DNA of 64,000 bases, from IMG/VR virus record IMGVR_UViG_3300045993_000918; one strand, given 5' to 3'. Position 1 is the first letter of the stretch. Each line of letters starts with the position of its first letter. The notes under the pieces were generated by a model that did no database searches, was not told the DNA's origin, and worked only from the letters and a program-made list of their open reading frames with translations. A program made the position numbers and the translations under genes. The DNA comes from a virus. This document shows, piece by piece, positions 27,210 through 34,646 of this stretch.

Positions 27210-27222
27210 CAGGCCGGGCGAC

Positions 27223-27498
27223 TCAGGCACCAGGGACGACCCCGGCCCCCGCGCACGGCCACGAGTTCCGGACGCTCGAGCCCACGCGGTGCGACCCGAC
27301 CGAGCCGTCCACCCGGAGGTTGACCTCCGCGCCGCATACCGGACACGCGATCGTCGGCGACCCGCTCCGGCCCGAGGACAGGTTCCGGACCGTGCTGAGC
27401 TCGGTGTTCGGCTTCCCGATGAGCGCGGTGCCGCCCCCGGCTGCGCGTCCGCCGCGCCCCTTGCCCCGGTTCCCGTACCGCCCCGGCTTACTCGACAT
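27223..27498 (-). CDS. small zinc-ribbon protein (91 aa)
   Basis: Track ORF. ACPVCGAEVNLRVDGSVGSHRV...PC is paralogous to 33599..33751. Confidence 0.5.
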   Translation of the reverse strand: MSSKPGRYGNRGKGRGGRAAGGGTALIGKPNTELSTVRNLSSGRSGSPTIACPVCGAEVNLRVDGSVGSHRVGSSVRNSWPCAGAGVVPGA

Positions 27499-27778
27499 CG
27501 GGAGCCTGCTCCCGGGCGACGGGCGGTGTGGACTCGGCGTGGACCATCGCCCACCACTCGATGATCCACTGGCAGACCGGGCAGTCCGGGTCGAGCGGCC
27601 CCTCCATGCAGCTGCAGCCGATCGGCCCGCCGCAGTGGTAGCAGTGCTCGTCGAACCAGGCGCTCTCGCCCTTCCCGAGGTGGCGGTACCCGACCCCGGT
27701 CGACGTCCCGTCGCCGTTGTTGGTCGGGAGCTCGGTCGGTCGGGTGGCTAGCAGCTCGTCTCGCGTTCTGGCGGCCAT
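27488..27778 (-). CDS. Cys-rich hypothetical protein (96 aa)
   Basis: ATG 27778 behind leader CTGAGAGGAGCACCACC; CYHCGGPIGCSC...CPVC. Confidence 0.65.
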   Translation of the reverse strand: MAARTRDELLATRPTELPTNNGDGTSTGVGYRHLGKGESAWFDEHCYHCGGPIGCSCMEGPLDPDCPVCQWIIEWWAMVHAESTPPVAREQAPDVE

Positions 27779-27818
27779 GGTGGTGCTCCTCTCAGGTCGG
27801 GCGTAAGTGCCCGGCCCG

Positions 27819-27848
27819 ATTTTACCACACGGCTTGCCTAAGAGGCCA
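27819..27848 (-). promoter_or_regulatory. promoter: -35 TGGCCT, 18 nt, TGG-TAAAAT
   Basis: GGCTGGCCTCTTAGGCAAGCCGTGTGGTAAAAT, hairpin leader, CTGAGAGGAGCACCACC-ATG. Confidence 0.55.
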
Positions 27849-27857
27849 GCCGGGAGC

Positions 27858-28337
27858 TCAAGGCTTCGGGGCGGCCAGCCGGATCGCGGCGGCGTCGAGC
27901 CGCAGGGCCGAGATGCCCACCGCCTCCGCGTCCTTCGCGTGCCCGCCATGCCCGTGCGCCCGCCACTGGTACCCGAGCGCGGAGGCGCGCTGGATCGAGG
28001 CCGAGCGGTTGGACGGCTCGATCGGGATCAGCGGCACCCCGGCCCAGCGGCACAGCGTCCGGATCACCCCGATCAGCTCGACCTCGGGGAACGTCGAGCC
28101 CTGCTGCTGCAGCGCGCCCTGACCGCCCCGCAGCCGGAAGGTCTCGTACGCGACTCCGAGACCACCGTTCGTCCCTACCGCGAGCAGATCACGCAGTGTG
28201 TCGGCGAAGTCGTTCGGCGTCAGCTCGACCGCGCTAGCGCAGGCCCAGAACCCCGGGTCGTCGGACCAGGTCGAGACGCCGACGTGCACACCGCCCGGGT
28301 CGACGGCGATCAGCCGGTGCAGCACGGGGTCAGGCAC
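27858..28337 (-). CDS. ruvC: RuvC-like Holliday junction resolvase
   Basis: IAVDPGGVHVG N-terminal Asp motif, HAKDAEAVG C-terminal motif, 159 aa. Confidence 0.7.
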   Translation of the reverse strand: MPDPVLHRLIAVDPGGVHVGVSTWSDDPGFWACASAVELTPNDFADTLRDLLAVGTNGGLGVAYETFRLRGGQGALQQQGSTFPEVELIGVIRTLCRWAGVPLIPIEPSNRSASIQRASALGYQWRAHGHGGHAKDAEAVGISALRLDAAAIRLAAPKP

Positions 28338-28455
28338 GGTTGGCCAGCAAGGTGACCAGCAGCGTGGTCAGCAACAGCAGCGCGAGCGCGGCCGTCCAGG
28401 CGCCGAGCACCAGCATCGCCCGGAGCTGACCGCAGCGGACGGGCTCCTCAGTCAC
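28330..28455 (-). CDS. small membrane protein (41 aa; shorter ATG start possible)
   Basis: Hand-found ORF below the track cutoff; LVLGAWTAALALLLLTTLLVTLL helix; overlaps both neighbours. Confidence 0.4.
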   Translation of the reverse strand: MTEEPVRCGQLRAMLVLGAWTAALALLLLTTLLVTLLANRA

Positions 28456-28669
28456 AGCCGCACGCCCCGTTCCTGGCCTTCACCATGAAGCAGCGCGGGC
28501 AGGTCTCCGTCGGCTCGGGCGGGCGGACCGCCGTCGCGCAGCCCTCGTGCACCGTGACCAGCTCGCCGTCGCCACCCACGTCGGACCACGTCACAGCGTC
28601 GCCGGGGTCGATCGGGTCATCGCAGGCCCGGCAGCGCCCGGCGTAGTGCGCGGGCCAGGACGGGGTCAT
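28448..28669 (-). CDS. Cys-rich hypothetical protein (73 aa)
   Basis: Track ORF; CRAC...CPRC...CGC. Confidence 0.6.
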   Translation of the reverse strand: MTPSWPAHYAGRCRACDDPIDPGDAVTWSDVGGDGELVTVHEGCATAVRPPEPTETCPRCFMVKARNGACGCD

Positions 28670-28776
28670 GACGCCAGCCCCAGCGCCTCGAGCAGCAGGG
28701 CGCAGTCATCCGCGTCGACCGCGCATGCGGCGACGACGCGCCGGGCCAGGTCAGCAAGCTCAGGCTCCACGGTCAT
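28666..28776 (-). CDS. possible 36-aa protein
   Basis: Hand-found. SD GAGGAGCGGG before ATG 28776. ATGA overlap with next gene. Overlaps upstream gene by 17 nt. Confidence 0.3.
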   Translation of the reverse strand: MTVEPELADLARRVVAACAVDADDCALLLEALGLAS

Positions 28777-29143
28777 CCCGCTCCTCATCAGCTCGGTCGT
28801 TGTCATCATCAGCTCGTCCATCGGGGTCCTCCAGGGTGGGCAGCACGGGCAACGTGATCACCACGCCGTACTCGAGCCGGATCGGCACCGGGGGCAGACC
28901 CCAGAGGCCGACGTTCCGCACGTGCGTCCGGGCGATCGCGCCCGCCACATCGGGTCTGAGCCCGGCGGTGACGAGGATCCCCATGTAGCGCAGCACGTCG
29001 ATCTGCAGCCCGGAGAGCTCGCGGGCGTAGCCCGAACCGGGCGTGAACTCCGGCCGGTTCCCGTCGACGAACCCAGCCCGGAGCCAGTAGTCGATCTTGC
29101 GGTAGCTGAGCCCGGTCTGCTTCGAGAGCACTCTGGTGATCAC
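28760..29143 (-). CDS. MerR-like helix-turn-helix DNA-binding protein
   Basis: N-terminal VLSKQTGLSYRKIDYWLRAG; acidic tail. Confidence 0.55.
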   Translation of the reverse strand: MITRVLSKQTGLSYRKIDYWLRAGFVDGNRPEFTPGSGYARELSGLQIDVLRYMGILVTAGLRPDVAGAIARTHVRNVGLWGLPPVPIRLEYGVVITLPVLPTLEDPDGRADDDNDRADEERDDRGA

Positions 29144-29164
29144 CGGCCCGCCCCGGCCAGCGCC

Positions 29165-29296
29165 CTACGCATCGCGGCTCGCCCTGCTGTCGCGGACGGC
29201 GAACCGGACGAGCCAGTACAGGAGCCCAGCCGGGATCAGCAGGACCGCCCCGTACACGAGCAGGAACAGCAGCGTGCCGAGTGCGTCGTCGAGCAT
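29165..29296 (-). CDS. small membrane protein (43 aa)
   Basis: Hand-found; SD GGAGGGAAG; LGTLLFLLVYGAVLLIPAGLLYWLV helix. Confidence 0.45.
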   Translation of the reverse strand: MLDDALGTLLFLLVYGAVLLIPAGLLYWLVRFAVRDSRASRDA

Positions 29297-29339
29297 CACA
29301 GCGCTTCCCTCCAGTCGATCGTTCCCGGGCATCGGGCCC

Positions 29340-29348
29340 AGCGTACCA
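29340..29348 (-). promoter_or_regulatory. extended -10 TGGTACGCT
   Basis: Intergenic, upstream of 29165..29296. Confidence 0.35.
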
Positions 29349-29362
29349 CGCTGGGTCGGGCT

Positions 29363-29563
29363 TCAGGGATCGACGCGCACGACCCGGCATACGACGGGCA
29401 GCATCGCGGCGTGGAATCTGGCCGCGGACTCGGCTGAGCGCCTGAACCAGAAGAGCATGTCGGGGTCGGCGTTGCACAAGTCGGCGAGGTCCTGGCTGAG
29501 CGTGAGCAGCCCGCCCGTCGGAGCGTCAACCGGGGAGGCTACGACCCTCCAGCGCTTCCTCAC
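29363..29563 (-). CDS. hypothetical protein (66 aa)
   Basis: Track ORF, ATGA-type overlap with upstream stop. Confidence 0.5.
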   Translation of the reverse strand: MRKRWRVVASPVDAPTGGLLTLSQDLADLCNADPDMLFWFRRSAESAARFHAAMLPVVCRVVRVDP

Positions 29564-30021
29564 GTCCCCGCCTCCGTCGTCGGCTCAGCCGGGGCGCGAC
29601 GGATGTCCGCTGCCATCTGCGTCCGCACGCGGGCCTCGATGAGCGGGAGGACGGCGGCTACGGCGAGTGCGGCGAACTTCTCCCGCTCGTGGAGGTGCAG
29701 CGGACCCTCACTGACCTCGGAGTCGGCCATCGCCTCGCTCGCAGCCCGCACGATCGCCTCGTCGGAGATGTTCTCGCTGACGAGACGACGGCCGTGCCGT
29801 TCGATCGCGGCCAGGTGGTTCAGGAAGTCGGGGTGCGACGAGAAGGTGATGCCGCACTCCACACACTTGACTGGGCGGTACTCCACTACGGCTCGGTCGG
29901 TGGTCGGTGCGGGAGCGACGTAGGAGGGGCAGGCGCAACCTTCCTTGAAGCATTGAGGCCCTGCGGAGAAGTGCTGATACTTGTCGTGCGCGCAGTTGGC
30001 GCAGGCTCGGTCGGTGGTCAC
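29560..30021 (-). CDS. zinc-finger hypothetical protein (153 aa)
   Basis: Track ORF; CANCAHDKYQH...CFKEGCAC...CVECG. Confidence 0.65.
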   Translation of the reverse strand: MTTDRACANCAHDKYQHFSAGPQCFKEGCACPSYVAPAPTTDRAVVEYRPVKCVECGITFSSHPDFLNHLAAIERHGRRLVSENISDEAIVRAASEAMADSEVSEGPLHLHEREKFAALAVAAVLPLIEARVRTQMAADIRRAPAEPTTEAGT

Positions 30022-32009
30022 TTCTCGAACCCGCTCTCATCGCAGCTGCCGGGGATCCCGAAGTGCTCGAGCCAGGACTCGGCGGTCATCGCCTTGATCT
30101 GCGCGACGATCTCGTCGGCCTCGTCCTCGCGGAGGTCCAGGAGGACGGAGTCGTGGACGGTCAGCACCAGGGCCTCCTGCGGGGCGGTGAGCCGCTCGAC
30201 CATCGGGAGCCAGACGTTCCCGACCCAGCGCGCGAGGCTGCCCTGGACCCGGCGGTTCCAGGCCGTGTTCGGGTAGTCGGTCGGGCCGCCCATCCAGCTG
30301 AACGTCCCATCGTAGAGCGGCACCCGCTTGTTGACCTGCGCGTAGTCGCTCCAGCTCTCGTACTCAACGCCGAACTCCGGGTAGGACGCGCGCCAGGCCA
30401 CCACAGCGTCGCGGCAGCGCGAGAGCTCCCACTTGACCCCGGCGAGCTGCATCAGCGTCGCCTGGAACCGCGGCGCGCCGATCATGAAGATCGAGCCGAA
30501 GGTCAGCCGCTTCGCGATATCCCGGTACTCGCTCCAGCCCTCGTCGCCGGGGTGCAGCCCGAAGACCTGCGTGGTGGTCCGGCCGTGGAAGTCGGCCCCC
30601 TCGGCGAGGTCGGTGACCATGGGCTTGCAGTCCGCGAGCTGCGCAGCGATCCGGAGCTCAGCCTGCGCGAGGTCGAGGTTGACCCGCCGACGGCCCTCCG
30701 GCACGCCGAAGAGGCTGCGCGGCTCCGGCAGCACGTCCCCGAGCAGCGTGATCCCCGTGTGCTTCGGCAGCGCCTGCGCCTGGAACCGCTCGACGCTCAT
30801 CCGCCCCGACTTGACCCAGGCCTGGCGGAAGGACGTGCGCAGCCGACGGTCCGGTCCGGCGAGCTCCGCGTAGTTCCGGTAGAACATCCGGTTCGCCATC
30901 GTGAGGTCGACGAACTCCGCGTACTCGGCCGCGCCCGGCACGCCCTGGGCCGCCATCCGGCGCGAGACGTCAACGGTCAGCGTGCCCTGCTTCTCGACCT
31001 TCGTCTCGCCGGGCTTCTTGAGGTTCGGCGCGAGTACGCGGCGCTCCTCGCCCGGCTCCCACGGCGCGAGCCCGAGCTCGTCGAAGAAGTACGCCGTCGC
31101 GACCGTCGCAGTGGCCGGGGAGAACGGGAGCGCCGTCGCGAGGTCCGCGATCCGGGCCTCGACCCGGTCCGCGATCGCAGCGGAGCGCTCGACCTCGTAC
31201 GGCCCGAGGCCGCGGCGCTCGATCCGGTACAGGATCCGGGCCAGCCGGACCGCCGCGGCGTACTCCTCGTACGGCAGCTCGCCAGAGTCGATCCGCTCCA
31301 TCTGGAGCTCATGGAGCCGGAGCGCGAGCACCGCGTCAGCGAAGACGTACGGCCCGAGGATCTCCCACGGCACGAGGTCGTAGCGGGGCCCGTGCTCGGC
31401 CCGGAGCCCGTAGCGCTTCTTCACGTCGATCAGCGCCTGCCTCTGGTCGGCGGCCTCCTCGACCGCCTCAGCTCCCCAGTACCTCGCCGCGGTCGGCTTC
31501 AGCGACGTGGTCCCGGCGGTCGGGTCGAGCACGCTCGTGCCCAGCATCGTGTCGTAGAGCTTCCCGGCCGGGATGTACGGCTCGATGTCGACACCGCACC
31601 AGCCCCAGGGCGCCCCGCCGCGGAGCATGTGCATGTCGAACTTGACGTTCTGGTTGACGTACCCGACGCGGCTCACGGCGCGTACGATCCAGTCCAGCAG
31701 GTAGTCCCACTCCTCACGGGGGAGGTTCGGCTGCGGGTCCTCCCAGCTGTCGTTGCCCCCGCGGGCGGCGCCGGACTTGAGTCGCTGGACCGAGAAGCCC
31801 TTCCGGGCGGAGTCCCCGACGTCGAACGGGAAACCGTGCGCCTGGATGAAGCCGGGGTCGTCGGAGCGGCGGTAGGCCAGGCCGCCCGCGACGGTGTAGG
31901 CGCCGTCGTCGACGAACAGCCCGGTCGTCTCCAGGTCGGCGCACAGCGGCCCGACGAGCAGCTCCGGGTCGGGCAGGACCATGCTGGGAAGCTCGAGTTC
32001 GAAGGTCAT
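30018..32009 (-). CDS. family A DNA polymerase with 3'-5' exonuclease domain (DpoZ candidate)
   Basis: Exo I CADLETTG; motif A NLDLAQAELRIAA; motif B RDIAKRLTFGSIFMIG; motif C VLTVHDSVLLD. ATG 6 nt downstream of TGGTAGGCT. Confidence 0.85.
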   Translation of the reverse strand: MTFELELPSMVLPDPELLVGPLCADLETTGLFVDDGAYTVAGGLAYRRSDDPGFIQAHGFPFDVGDSARKGFSVQRLKSGAARGGNDSWEDPQPNLPREEWDYLLDWIVRAVSRVGYVNQNVKFDMHMLRGGAPWGWCGVDIEPYIPAGKLYDTMLGTSVLDPTAGTTSLKPTAARYWGAEAVEEAADQRQALIDVKKRYGLRAEHGPRYDLVPWEILGPYVFADAVLALRLHELQMERIDSGELPYEEYAAAVRLARILYRIERRGLGPYEVERSAAIADRVEARIADLATALPFSPATATVATAYFFDELGLAPWEPGEERRVLAPNLKKPGETKVEKQGTLTVDVSRRMAAQGVPGAAEYAEFVDLTMANRMFYRNYAELAGPDRRLRTSFRQAWVKSGRMSVERFQAQALPKHTGITLLGDVLPEPRSLFGVPEGRRRVNLDLAQAELRIAAQLADCKPMVTDLAEGADFHGRTTTQVFGLHPGDEGWSEYRDIAKRLTFGSIFMIGAPRFQATLMQLAGVKWELSRCRDAVVAWRASYPEFGVEYESWSDYAQVNKRVPLYDGTFSWMGGPTDYPNTAWNRRVQGSLARWVGNVWLPMVERLTAPQEALVLTVHDSVLLDLREDEADEIVAQIKAMTAESWLEHFGIPGSCDESGFEK

Positions 32010-32015
32010 GGGACC

Positions 32016-32024
32016 AGCCTACCA
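32016..32024 (-). promoter_or_regulatory. extended -10 TGGTAGGCT, leaderless DNA polymerase start
   Basis: 6 nt upstream of ATG 32009. Confidence 0.45.
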
Positions 32025-32049
32025 CAGGGGTCCGACAATCGGGCTCCCC

Positions 32050-32213
32050 CGCACAAGAGCGGAGGCGGCCGAAGGCTTGGGGCCCCGGCCGCCTCCTGAC
32101 CCGCCTAGGGCCGCACTGATCGGCGGGGTCGTACCGAATCCGGGTGCGCACCCGGGCGGCCCTCGTTCACGACCCCGGCGGGGCGGAAGGCACCAACCCA
32201 CACCCCGCCGGGG
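32050..32213 (-). ncRNA. candidate small RNA 2 (about 160 nt)
   Basis: Starts at 11-bp hairpin 32173..32213 behind TGGTACGCT, contains CCGGGTGCGCACCCGG, ends at hairpin 32062..32095. Confidence 0.3.
32062..32095 (-). terminator. 9-bp GC stem-loop (gaggcggcc / ggccgcctc)
   Basis: Perfect inverted repeat, followed on the minus strand by CGCTCTTGT. Sits just upstream of the polymerase promoter. Confidence 0.45.
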
Positions 32214-32219
32214 AGCCCC

Positions 32220-32228
32220 AGCGTACCA
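32220..32228 (-). promoter_or_regulatory. extended -10 TGGTACGCT inside non-coding region
   Basis: Directly followed by the 11-bp hairpin 32173..32213. Confidence 0.35.
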
Positions 32229-32249
32229 CGCGGAGGCACGACTCTGGCT

Positions 32250-32478
32250 CGGAGGAAAGAGGCCTCGGCCCCCGAGGTCACCGTGGCTGAAGACGGAACC
32301 TCGAGGGCCGAGCCTGCCCGTTCCCTAGTTCTGCTCTCCAGACACACACGCGGTGGGCCAACCGTCCTGGAGCGGCTCCGCGGTAACGACCGGCATGCCG
32401 CGGTTTCTCAAGTGGGGCCCCGCCGCTACTGTTGTCCCCGTAGGCAGTGCGCTCCGAACCCGACCCGGTCTGAGATCT
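32250..32478 (-). ncRNA. candidate small RNA 1 (about 225 nt)
   Basis: Bounded by the TGGTACGAT promoter and hairpin CCUCGG-GGG-CCGAGG followed by CUCUUUCC. Internal stems CCGCGG...CCGCGG and GGAGC-C-GCUCC. No convincing SD-led ORF. Confidence 0.3.
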
Positions 32479-32484
32479 GAACCG

Positions 32485-32493
32485 ATCGTACCA
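32485..32493 (-). promoter_or_regulatory. extended -10 TGGTACGAT inside non-coding region
   Basis: Just downstream of the stop at 32519. Confidence 0.35.
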
Positions 32494-32518
32494 GCCGACC
32501 TGGCTACTCTGTCTCGCG

Positions 32519-32779
32519 CTACTCGTCCCGCCCGTACGACCCGTCGCGGGCCTTCCGCAGCAGCCGGATCAGCCGGTTGATCGCGGACCGGTCGAGGTTC
32601 TCGGTGTAGAGCCCGTCGCGGTACGCCTCGAGCTCGTTGGCCGGGGCGGTCACCCCGAGCTGGACCGTCCCGACGTTGTCCCAGCCGATGTCGATCCGGC
32701 TGACGACTACGCCTTCGACCTCGCGGCCGTCCGCATCTGCGACGGTCCGGCTCACGCTTACGCTCTCCCTGGGCATCAC
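32519..32779 (-). CDS. hypothetical protein (86 aa)
   Basis: Track ORF; SD GGAAGGAGGG. Confidence 0.6.
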   Translation of the reverse strand: MMPRESVSVSRTVADADGREVEGVVVSRIDIGWDNVGTVQLGVTAPANELEAYRDGLYTENLDRSAINRLIRLLRKARDGSYGRDE

Positions 32780-32875
32780 GCCCTCCTTCCTGTGCCCGGC
32801 TCACCCGGGCGTGCTGCGGCGGAAAGCCGCGGACCCGAGCCTACCGTGCGGCTCGGGTCCGAGGGAAGAGGGCGG

Positions 32876-33517
32876 TCAGCCGGGGTACCCGCCCGGGTAG
32901 TTGACCTGACGGCGGATCAGGCCGTTGCGCATGTCCGCGCCCTTCGGGCAGGTCAGGTGCGTCCCGTCGATGAGGTACCCGGGCGTGGCCGCGATCGAGC
33001 TCCACGCGACGTACTCGACGCCCGCGAGCCCGGCGACGTAGTCGTTGAGGTACGCAGACTCAGCCGGGTACCCGGAGCGGTAGACGTCGACCCAGACCAG
33101 CCGGGTCGTCGGCGGCAGTACGATCCGGGCGCGCTGGACCTGGCGCCGCACCTGGTACGGGTAGTTCAGGTCGTTGGTCCCGGCAGCGAGCACGACCACT
33201 GCGGGCGAGCGGAGGTCAGCGTCCGCGACAAGCAGGTCGACCGCAGTCGTCACGGTCCGGCCCCAGCGACCGTCGACGGCGAGCCCGAGGTCGAGCAGGC
33301 CAGCCCAGCTCTGGACGGTGATCGAGTCGCCGTAGAGGTAGGTCCGCGCGGTGTGGAACGTCGCGGCGGAGCTCCGGACGTACCGAGCGGCGCCGATCGC
33401 GTCCTCGGGGAGTAGGCAGGGGGCCGACGCGGACGCGGCGGTCGGGGTCACAGCGAGCACCGAGGCGGCCAGCGCGAGTGCGGCGGCAGCTCCGGTCAGG
33501 GTGCGGGTCAGGGTCAT
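32876..33517 (-). CDS. secreted SGNH/GDSL-family hydrolase (esterase)
   Basis: ATG 33517 after GAGAGGAAGCACC. Signal peptide MTLTRTLTGAAAALALAASVLAVTPTAASA. Block I YLYGDSIT. AAGTND. DGTHL near C-terminus. Confidence 0.7.
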   Translation of the reverse strand: MTLTRTLTGAAAALALAASVLAVTPTAASASAPCLLPEDAIGAARYVRSSAATFHTARTYLYGDSITVQSWAGLLDLGLAVDGRWGRTVTTAVDLLVADADLRSPAVVVLAAGTNDLNYPYQVRRQVQRARIVLPPTTRLVWVDVYRSGYPAESAYLNDYVAGLAGVEYVAWSSIAATPGYLIDGTHLTCPKGADMRNGLIRRQVNYPGGYPG

Positions 33518-33549
33518 GGTGCTTCCTCTCATGGGTGTACCGTGCCTCC

Positions 33550-33555
33550 ATTGTA
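33550..33555 (-). promoter_or_regulatory. -10 TACAAT upstream of SGNH hydrolase gene
   Basis: GGGAGTACAATGGAGG...GAGAGGAAGCACC-ATG. Confidence 0.3.
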
Positions 33556-33598
33556 CTCCCACGGAGGCCCCCGACGCCTGCCGAAGACGGATGTGGGG

Positions 33599-33751
33599 TC
33601 ACACCGCCCTGCGGGGGCAGGGCAGGTCGCGGAACGTCTTCCCGACCGGTCGGTGGCCCGGAAGTGCGCCGTCGTTCCTGAGCCGGAGCTGACGGGTGCA
33701 GGTCGGGCAGCGCACCCAACCGGGCAGCAGCCGGTGCGGTCGCTGGCTCAC
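33599..33751 (-). CDS. small zinc-ribbon protein (50 aa)
   Basis: Tail of track ORF 33599..33949. GTGA start. RCPTCTRQLRLRNDGALPGHRPV...PC is a paralogue of 27223..27498. Confidence 0.4.
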   Translation of the reverse strand: MSQRPHRLLPGWVRCPTCTRQLRLRNDGALPGHRPVGKTFRDLPCPRRAV

Positions 33752-33873
33752 GCTCCGGCCGCCGGGGCGAAGGCCTCGCGCAGCCCGACCTCGAGGTGAT
33801 CGAGGCAGAACGCTACGCCGTCGATCCCGGTCAGGTGCTTGGTCGAGCCGCAGTCGCGGCAGGTAGAGCTCAT
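33748..33873 (-). CDS. small Cys protein (41 aa)
   Basis: Hand-found; SD GAGGAGAACG before ATG; MSSTCRDCGSTKH... Confidence 0.4.
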   Translation of the reverse strand: MSSTCRDCGSTKHLTGIDGVAFCLDHLEVGLREAFAPAAGA

Positions 33874-33936
33874 CGTTCTCCTCATGGCGGGGTCCGAGCC
33901 AGGGGTCGTGCGGGGGCGCGCGCTGCGGCTCGGGCT

Positions 33937-34071
33937 CTAGGGCAGCCACCTGCTCTGCTGCGCCGGGCAGCCCGCGCAGAACCGGACCTGGACCCAGCCC
34001 TCGTCCGGGTCCTCCGGGTCGGCGTCGGCCCAGGGACTCCAGTTGTGGCGGTGCAGCGTCAAGAGCTTCAC
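33937..34071 (-). CDS. small protein (44 aa)
   Basis: GTGA overlap with methyltransferase stop; MKLLTLHRHNWSPW...FCAGC. Confidence 0.35.
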   Translation of the reverse strand: MKLLTLHRHNWSPWADADPEDPDEGWVQVRFCAGCPAQQSRWLP

Positions 34072-34646
34072 AGCGGCCTCCGATCGAAGAGGAACGTGGA
34101 CGTCACGACACCCACCTTGTGCGCACTCGAGCCCGGGAACGCCTCGAGGAACCGCTCGACGCTCCAGTCGTCCTCGACGTGCGTCTCGTAGGGGTTCCCG
34201 TCGATCGGGCCCTGCGGGAAGTGCATGGTCGGGAGGCTGACCACGACGAGCTCGGCCCACTCGCGCATGCGCGCGAGCAGCACCCTCGCCTCGTCCTCAG
34301 CCATGTGCTCGAGCACGTCGCCGAGGATCGCGACCCGGGTCGGCTCCTCGTTCCACTCCGCCCACGGGTTCGGGACCTCGCTCAGGTCGAACTCGCGGAC
34401 GTCCGCGCAGACGACCTGCCAGTACCGGACCCCGAGGTCGAACCGGGCGATGCTCGGCTCCCACACCTCGAGCGCGACCCAGGCCTGCCGAGCTCCGATG
34501 TCCTGCAGAGCGGAGTGGACCACGTCGAGCCAGGTCCCACCCCCAGCCCCGACGTCTAGGAAGAGGTACGGACGGCCGGTCGCGAGGGCGTCACGGCGGA
34601 TCGCCGAAGCGGCCCACCACTTCCCCTCGGTCGAGGACCAGGGCAT
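34068..34646 (-). CDS. class I SAM-dependent methyltransferase
   Basis: Motif I LFLDVGAGGGTW and acidic loop. ATG 34646 in TGATG overlap. No DPPY/NPPY DNA-MTase motif seen. Confidence 0.6.
   Translation of the reverse strand: MPWSSTEGKWWAASAIRRDALATGRPYLFLDVGAGGGTWLDVVHSALQDIGARQAWVALEVWEPSIARFDLGVRYWQVVCADVREFDLSEVPNPWAEWNEEPTRVAILGDVLEHMAEDEARVLLARMREWAELVVVSLPTMHFPQGPIDGNPYETHVEDDWSVERFLEAFPGSSAHKVGVVTSTFLFDRRPL

Noticed and set aside
30063-32099. 678-aa plus-strand ORF, and similar ones at 37976..39490, 39596..40903, 43836..45113, 50547..51659, 51894..53267
   Set aside because: These are antisense shadows of the polymerase, primase-helicase, exonuclease, the 50640..51599 gene and the SNF2 helicase, all of which carry clear catalytic motifs on the minus strand.
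32010-32518. tRNA or tmRNA gene in the large non-coding gap
   Set aside because: I could not fold any segment into a cloverleaf, and no GTTCGAATC-type T-loop with matching stems was found on either strand. tRNAscan-SE would settle this.
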